This document shows positions 58,559 to 64,000 of a stretch of DNA of 64,000 nt, piece after piece; position 1 is the first letter of the stretch; the number at the start of each line of letters is the position of its first letter. Origin of the DNA: Spirochaetia bacterium (GTDB lineage Bacteria > Spirochaetota > Spirochaetia > DSM-16054 > Sediminispirochaetaceae); NCBI GenBank assembly GCA_034520965.1, contig JAXHMY010000001.1, forward strand, positions 160,001-224,000, read 5' to 3'. The translations under genes and the position numbers were made by a program. The notes below the pieces were generated by a model that worked only from the letters and a program-made list of their open reading frames with translations, did no database searches and had not been told where the DNA came from.

Positions 58559-60431
58559 CCGATTCTCCAATACTGTAAAAAATTTCGCTCACCTTCTCTG
58601 CATACAGCTCAAAGGTATCCCCAAGCCTCGCCCCGCGGCTCACCCATCCAAGCGGTGAAAACAGCAATGTGCGGGCTGTATCCTGGACAGTCTTCCGCGC
58701 ATTTTTGTGCTGAACACCGGCCGTCCCAATCAGTGGGAACCGTTCCGGATGATGACCGGTCACCCTGACCTTTCTGATTTTGAAACCAAACCGTGGTAAA
58801 ACTCTACGGGCAATTGCCGGGCTCCAGACCGTATGATGATCCCGGGGGCTCTGCTCCAAAAAGCCCTTTATGGAGCGGGTGCCGCTAATCCCCGAACTGT
58901 TGGGAGTAGAAAATGCAAACAATCCGCCTATTTTAAGACAGCGGTTCGCCTTGCACAAGATGCGGTCAACCCGGGGAAAATGTTCAAGGACAAACCACAT
59001 ACTTATAACGTCGTATCGCTTTTGACTGCCCTTCAGATCTACTTCAAAATCTTCAAACGTTCCGTTCCAAGCCGGCAGCTTTAGTTCGCTCCGCACATAG
59101 TCTACTGCTGAGGCTGCCGGATCAATGCCCTCAGGCTGATACCCTGCCTCATAGGCTGCAGATAGAAAGGGCCCGTAGGCACAGCCTACATCCAGGAGGC
59201 GGGGAGCTTCGTCTGCAGTAGCGCCGGCAGTTCGCTTTTGGCTAAGCCGGTGAATCACAGCCATACGGCGCTTGCCCATTTCCCTGATAGCATCGAAGTC
59301 TTCCAGATAACTGCGCCCGTACTGACTGCGGTACTCATCAAAAAAGTAATTTTCATTGTAACGGGGCTGTTCCGGTCGTAAGAAATCAAGCTGATACAGC
59401 AAGCCGCAGTGGGAACAGCGAAAAAAGCTGCGGTCGACACTTCGCAGCACCGGCTTGGCGCCCAAACGCCCGCATACAGGGCAGTCACGAACTTCCGGAG
59501 GCCGCAGGTGGCCCAGGAACTCCCCGGGTGAGCGTTTTTCCTGCGGTGCGGCCTCCTTGGCCAATTTCAGCACCTGCGCCGGCGAGGCCAGGAGTCGCAA
59601 AAAATGGCGGGAGTGGATTCGCCGTACGCCCACGGACGGAAATCCGGCCAGATGACTCAAGCGACGGTGATATGTGCTCGGGTTGAGCAGTATCACCCCG
59701 CAGCCGGCGTAGGCGGCCTCATAGGCGGTCAGACCAAAACTTGTGCACACCAGGTCATATTTCCACAACTGTTCTGAAAGCTTCGCAGGAGCTTTTAGAA
59801 CTTTTACCTCCGGCGGCAGGCTGCGGGGGCCGAACAGCGGGCCCAAGACTACCGTAATATCAGCTGCAGCGAAACCACCCCGCTTAATGAGCCAGCGGGT
59901 ACACAATTCGGTTAGAAGCGCCGGATCCTCACCACCAAAACTTACCAGCACACTTCGGAAGTGGGTCATTGAAGCTGTGGCAGCACTTTTTTTCTGCTCG
60001 GGGAGGGAAAGAAGTCCAGGTTCAATCAGGTTAGCCGGTCCGAACCGTGGTGGTAGTGGAAAAGTATCAAGTAAGTAGGAAAAGGACCGACGGCGCGACC
60101 CTCCTTCATCCACGCCAATCATGGGTATGCCGGTACGACTCCACCAGCGAAAATCTGACTTGTCCGTCGCCCGCCGGTCTATCAGCACAAAATCCCACTG
60201 TGACGCGGTAATTGACTGAGCATCATGAAAGAAACAGCTCGAGTCCAATCCGTTGACGTCGGCCATATCGTAAAATACATTTTGCCATTCCGAAGGTTTA
60301 ATGAAAACTCCGACGGAATCTTGCGGAAAGGTATACAGTAACTGGGTACTCCACTGCAGAGCCCTACGCAAATGACCAGTTCCATTGCCGGGTGTAACCG
60401 AGGGTGCCCACAGAAAACGGTACGAGCCCAT
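58542..60431 (-). CDS. PseG/SpsG-like (GT-B fold) domain fused to a zinc ribbon and class I SAM methyltransferase
   Basis: GNGTGHLRR, VSFGGEDP, CPVC..CSHC, LLDVGCAYG, WFVLEH. Confidence 0.8.
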   Translation of the reverse strand: MGSYRFLWAPSVTPGNGTGHLRRALQWSTQLLYTFPQDSVGVFIKPSEWQNVFYDMADVNGLDSSCFFHDAQSITASQWDFVLIDRRATDKSDFRWWSRTGIPMIGVDEGGSRRRSFSYLLDTFPLPPRFGPANLIEPGLLSLPEQKKSAATASMTHFRSVLVSFGGEDPALLTELCTRWLIKRGGFAAADITVVLGPLFGPRSLPPEVKVLKAPAKLSEQLWKYDLVCTSFGLTAYEAAYAGCGVILLNPSTYHRRLSHLAGFPSVGVRRIHSRHFLRLLASPAQVLKLAKEAAPQEKRSPGEFLGHLRPPEVRDCPVCGRLGAKPVLRSVDRSFFRCSHCGLLYQLDFLRPEQPRYNENYFFDEYRSQYGRSYLEDFDAIREMGKRRMAVIHRLSQKRTAGATADEAPRLLDVGCAYGPFLSAAYEAGYQPEGIDPAASAVDYVRSELKLPAWNGTFEDFEVDLKGSQKRYDVISMWFVLEHFPRVDRILCKANRCLKIGGLFAFSTPNSSGISGTRSIKGFLEQSPRDHHTVWSPAIARRVLPRFGFKIRKVRVTGHHPERFPLIGTAGVQHKNARKTVQDTARTLLFSPLGWVSRGARLGDTFELYAEKVSEIFYSIGESDERTD

Positions 60432-60434
60432 ATT

Positions 60435-61145
60435 CTAACCTGCAATCATATGGAGCTGGGAAATTCCCCGAATAAGCTGTTTGGTGGTGATCGGTTTACC
60501 CGAATACAGTGTATTAAAAATGGTTTGCAAGCGACGGTAATCCCGGTCGGTATCCAAAGTAACCCTCATCCCGGGAAAAAAGCACTCCTTCGGAGCCAAG
60601 GGCCGATAGACTCTGAAGAGGTCAGGATGATTGTAAAGATACGGACAGACATGCTCTCGATCATATCTGCTTTCGGCCTCACGGTGGGCCCTTAGAAGTG
60701 CTTCCGCGCGCACACACTCCACACCTGTTCCAACCGGCAGACCTTCAAACCCGCTGTAATCGATCTGCCGCTCCCACTGATGTTCCTCTTGATGCATCAG
60801 GTAGAGCTCTAACAGCTGAGCCCCACATTCGCCACTCACTAAAGGATTATCGCCGGTAGCGCGGATAACCGTATCAACCTGAAAATGATTGATTGCATCG
60901 GCATAACGCTGTAGAACATCTTCCTTAGGCCCGATAAATGTTTCAAATCCGGCGGCTTTTGCATGGCCGGATAATGCCTTATAACTGTCACGATCGGTTA
61001 CCAGGGCATAGATATCCGCCGGAACCTTCTTCAGAGCCTCCATTGCCAGCTCTACCACAGGCCTTCCACTCAAAGGCAGCAGCGCCTTCTGAGGCAAACG
61101 GGCAGAATCCAACCGAACCTGCAGGAACACACCTACTCTACTCAT
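60435..61145 (-). CDS. SpsF/PseF-like acylneuraminate cytidylyltransferase
   Basis: QVRLDSARLPQKAL, EDVLQRY, IRATGDNP, REHV, TLDT. Confidence 0.9.
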   Translation of the reverse strand: MSRVGVFLQVRLDSARLPQKALLPLSGRPVVELAMEALKKVPADIYALVTDRDSYKALSGHAKAAGFETFIGPKEDVLQRYADAINHFQVDTVIRATGDNPLVSGECGAQLLELYLMHQEEHQWERQIDYSGFEGLPVGTGVECVRAEALLRAHREAESRYDREHVCPYLYNHPDLFRVYRPLAPKECFFPGMRVTLDTDRDYRRLQTIFNTLYSGKPITTKQLIRGISQLHMIAG

Positions 61146-62106
61146 GCTCAGGAACCTCCCAAAGCTCAGTCACATCCCGCGCATCCATAACAAAACGATA
61201 CTGATTCAAAGTCACCCACTGGCGGACTTTTTTAAACTTTTTCAATGCTGAGAAGAGTGAACTTCCCGATCGAATATAAAAGGGCAGGAAGCGACTCCAC
61301 GGCAGGGTGCCCGCATCTCCACTGAAACGCACCGACAGGTTTTTCAGGAAAAAAAGTTTGTAGCTCCCATCGGGAGTAGTATCTTCGGCCGGCTCGGAGG
61401 CCAGATAACGTATCCTAAAAGCGGACTCACACTCAATGGCTTCCCCCCACATATGAGCCCGAAAACCAAAGTCCATCTTTTGCCAATAGGAACTCTCAAT
61501 CAAGTAATCATAACCACCGGTCAGCAAAAACTTTTCCCGGCGATATATGCCGCTGTAATCGAAGGGGAACAGTGTTTTCATATCGTTTTTTTGGGGCAGC
61601 ATGGGCAATATCCGCAGATTGCGTTTGTGAAAGGCCGGTACCATGATTGACGGGACTGTCTCCAGTTTGGTGTTTTGAATAATTGGGACCGAACAGAGAC
61701 GGTCAGCCTCCACAATCCGCTGCAGCAGGTAAGTGTTCAACTGTGAGCTGACTTTCATATCGCTCCACATCACAAACACAAACTCTCCAGCCGCCTCTTT
61801 CATCCCCATATTAATTTGTTCACCCCGGCTCATATCTTCATGCAGCAGCAGGAATTTGATCCGCGGGTATTTTTGCGACAGAGAATCGATATCATAACTG
61901 GCGGAGGCACTTTCTACCGATAAAATCTCAATCTCTCCCAGTTGCTCCAGCTCTTTAAAATACTCCTGCCGGTAAGGACGGCTGCCGCGGTGCAGAAGCA
62001 GTATACTGAGGGGCGGACTGACCTGCAGGGAACGGTCTTCCCTGTTTCCTCCGACTATTGTGTAGGGGACCCTTAAAGACTTAGAAGTTGTAGGTATAGT
62101 ACTCAT
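61138..62106 (-). CDS. Conserved hypothetical protein, degenerate GT-A/GT2-like fold
   Basis: GEQINMGMKEAAGEFVFVMWSD, GGYD, MDFGFRAH. Confidence 0.6.
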   Translation of the reverse strand: MSTIPTTSKSLRVPYTIVGGNREDRSLQVSPPLSILLLHRGSRPYRQEYFKELEQLGEIEILSVESASASYDIDSLSQKYPRIKFLLLHEDMSRGEQINMGMKEAAGEFVFVMWSDMKVSSQLNTYLLQRIVEADRLCSVPIIQNTKLETVPSIMVPAFHKRNLRILPMLPQKNDMKTLFPFDYSGIYRREKFLLTGGYDYLIESSYWQKMDFGFRAHMWGEAIECESAFRIRYLASEPAEDTTPDGSYKLFFLKNLSVRFSGDAGTLPWSRFLPFYIRSGSSLFSALKKFKKVRQWVTLNQYRFVMDARDVTELWEVPEHE

Positions 62107-63688
62107 CACAACTCCTGCATAATTCGGGATAATCCGCCTCGATGTGCCGTCGGTAGTATTTATTTCCACGCCCCCATATAGTCTCAATATCTTCTTCAAA
62201 TATATTGCCCAGAGAATACTTTTGCTGCAGATCCTCACGGCACATGGGAACACTGCCGTCAATGAGAATCGTAAGGTCCCGCTTCAAATGCCAGCACGGA
62301 AAACGCTTGATTGGCGATAAATCGGTCACTTTCCGCTCCGGCAAGGCACCGCAGAAGGAGTCATATTTCTGAACAATCGGAGAGACATGTTCTTGCTGCT
62401 TCCAGTACCGGTAGAACTGATCCAGCTGCTCTTCGTTTTCGCGCATGCGAACCGCCTGCACATATACTAAGTCGGGAAACAGCCGGCATAGCAACTCGAT
62501 AGAGGCCTGGACATCCTCCCACTGCGGTCCGCGTAGCTGGTTATACATTTGTCGTTCATGAGCGTCAAGGGATACAATCCAGGTAAGCCGATCTCCAACC
62601 GGTACACCACCGGCAGTTGCCCCCTGCCCAAATTGACGACCAAGTTCCTGCAGGGTCGCCAGGGACCATCCGACACCGGATGTTTCAATTACCAGCGACA
62701 GAGCAGGTCGCTCTAACACAGCAGTGACAATATCAACAAAACGCGAGTGAAGAGAAGGCTCTCCCCATAATGAAACTCCGATTACGGCATCACCACATAG
62801 TTTTTCTACCTTGTCGACCATCTCTGTCCAGCGTTCAAGAGACATTTCCCCCCGTCTGCTCAGCACATCACCACCCATCTGTGGAAAAGCGCAATAACTG
62901 CAAGCCTGCGGGCAGCCGTCGGTAATCTGCACATTCACATACGCCGGAAGGGTGCGCAGCAGCTCAGGTTGTTCTTCGATAATCCGCTGCACCGATTCGG
63001 CAGAGCTTCCTCCGGCGGCGATAATAGCCTTCAGCTGATAAAAATTACGCCGTGTATCGGCGGTTAAACTTACCCGTAAAAGCCGCTGGTCTGTCGGAGC
63101 AACTTCCGTCTCTAGATCGAAGGCATTAATATCTTTTTGGACTACCTCAAAAATGAAGTCCCGGCCGGCAGGAACAGCATAGCGTTCGGCCAGCTCGATA
63201 AGCTGGGGAAGTGCGCTTGCTTTGAGAATTTCCGGAGTCAGCCCCCGCGGATATCCGTCGGCAAAGGTGTAATCGGCAAAATAGCGCCGATGGCTGTGCT
63301 GCATCTTTTCCAGCAGCCCTGCATCCAGCAAGGGAGCATCGCCCCATACCAGGAACAAGTCGGCCGGACTGCCCTCCGGACTGCTATCCGGGCCGCCTTT
63401 CTCGACTGCGGATTGCATTGTCTGCAGCAGTTCAGCAGCACTCCAGTTCGGTTGACTGTGAATGGAAATAAGCTCCCGATCCAGATACGGCTCCACAAGG
63501 GGCAGCAAATCCTCCCTCGGCAGATCAGTCAGGACTATTACCTGCTCGAAACTCCTTTGAAAGGGCGGTTTCTGCAGAAGATATTGAAAAGCCGTCACCG
63601 ACTTTCCCTTACTGCCGGTTAAAGGAAGCGGTTCCTTCAAGGCGTAAGGGGTGAGTCCAAGGGCATGTATAAAAAGTACATTTCTCAT
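62081..63688 (-). CDS. Spiro-SPASM protein (cytidylyltransferase-like N-terminus + radical SAM + SPASM)
   Basis: GDAPLLD..YTFADGYP, CPQACSYC, GEPSLH, PCWHLKRD..DGSVPMC..LGN..CRSC. Confidence 0.9.
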   Translation of the reverse strand: MRNVLFIHALGLTPYALKEPLPLTGSKGKSVTAFQYLLQKPPFQRSFEQVIVLTDLPREDLLPLVEPYLDRELISIHSQPNWSAAELLQTMQSAVEKGGPDSSPEGSPADLFLVWGDAPLLDAGLLEKMQHSHRRYFADYTFADGYPRGLTPEILKASALPQLIELAERYAVPAGRDFIFEVVQKDINAFDLETEVAPTDQRLLRVSLTADTRRNFYQLKAIIAAGGSSAESVQRIIEEQPELLRTLPAYVNVQITDGCPQACSYCAFPQMGGDVLSRRGEMSLERWTEMVDKVEKLCGDAVIGVSLWGEPSLHSRFVDIVTAVLERPALSLVIETSGVGWSLATLQELGRQFGQGATAGGVPVGDRLTWIVSLDAHERQMYNQLRGPQWEDVQASIELLCRLFPDLVYVQAVRMRENEEQLDQFYRYWKQQEHVSPIVQKYDSFCGALPERKVTDLSPIKRFPCWHLKRDLTILIDGSVPMCREDLQQKYSLGNIFEEDIETIWGRGNKYYRRHIEADYPELCRSCDEYYTYNF

Positions 63689-63731
63689 ATTCAGTATATC
63701 GACACGAAACGGCACGTATTTACACCGGTTT

Positions 63732-64000
63732 TCACGCTTCTACCATAAAGACAATATCCTCAGGGCGGGCAATTTCGTCCCGGCGGCCGGTTCCGTACAA
63801 TGCAGCTACTTCGCGGGTGTGTTTTCCCATTAAAGTTTCGATTTCGCGGCTATTGTAGGTGGGGACAGCTTTCGCAACATCATTAATCTGAACTACATCT
63901 CCCTGTTGAAAAACCCCCTCCACCGATTTTATTCCTGAGGGCAGCAGACTCTTATGATCCCGTAATGCACTCAGTGCTCCCTTGTCTACCGTAATTTTGC
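63732..64000 (-). CDS. proB: Glutamate 5-kinase, C-terminal PUA domain (5' part outside window)
   Basis: ITVDKGALSALRDHKSLLPSGIKSVEGVFQQGDVV. Confidence 0.85.
   Translation of the reverse strand, partial: KITVDKGALSALRDHKSLLPSGIKSVEGVFQQGDVVQINDVAKAVPTYNSREIETLMGKHTREVAALYGTGRRDEIARPEDIVFMVEA

Noticed and set aside
57806..58768. 320-aa plus-strand ORF
   Set aside because: Antisense to the ATP-grasp gene
1..64000. CRISPR arrays, transposases, prophage or defence genes
   Set aside because: No regularly spaced repeats and no ORF with such motifs

Overview
64-kb chromosomal window from a free-living, motile, probably anaerobic spirochaete (Spirochaetota). The assignment rests on FlaA, a CheW-CheR fusion, a spiro-SPASM radical SAM gene and a solute-binding protein with an 'FAGG' signal. 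Left to right the window holds: acetate-CoA ligase and aminotransferase; rph; a Zn-type ABC operon led by a ribbon-helix-helix/Cys regulator; a xanthine dehydrogenase-family molybdoenzyme operon converging on a DMSO reductase-family/MFS/GntR operon; proC, serS, pncB and a NeuB-family synthase; a second chemosensory operon whose CheA has two Hpt domains and an MshEN-like (c-di-GMP) module; a V/A-type ATP synthase operon extended by USP and PTS IIA genes; a purine/nucleoside uptake-deaminase operon with a MerR-type promoter; a 7TM-DISM diguanylate cyclase; tRNA-Val(GAC); the canonical cheA-cheW-cheX-cheY operon; two putative outer-membrane proteins; flaA, GerMN and amidase; and a spiro-SPASM/SpsF/PseG-methyltransferase/ATP-grasp cluster that looks like a nonulosonic-acid tailoring pathway. 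Seven genes are split by small indels, most likely assembly errors. No transposase, integrase, prophage or CRISPR array was seen. The most notable items are the glycan-tailoring cluster, the MshEN-CheA chemosensory system and a double-hairpin element present twice, 28 kb apart. All calls come from motif recognition by eye; no database search was run.
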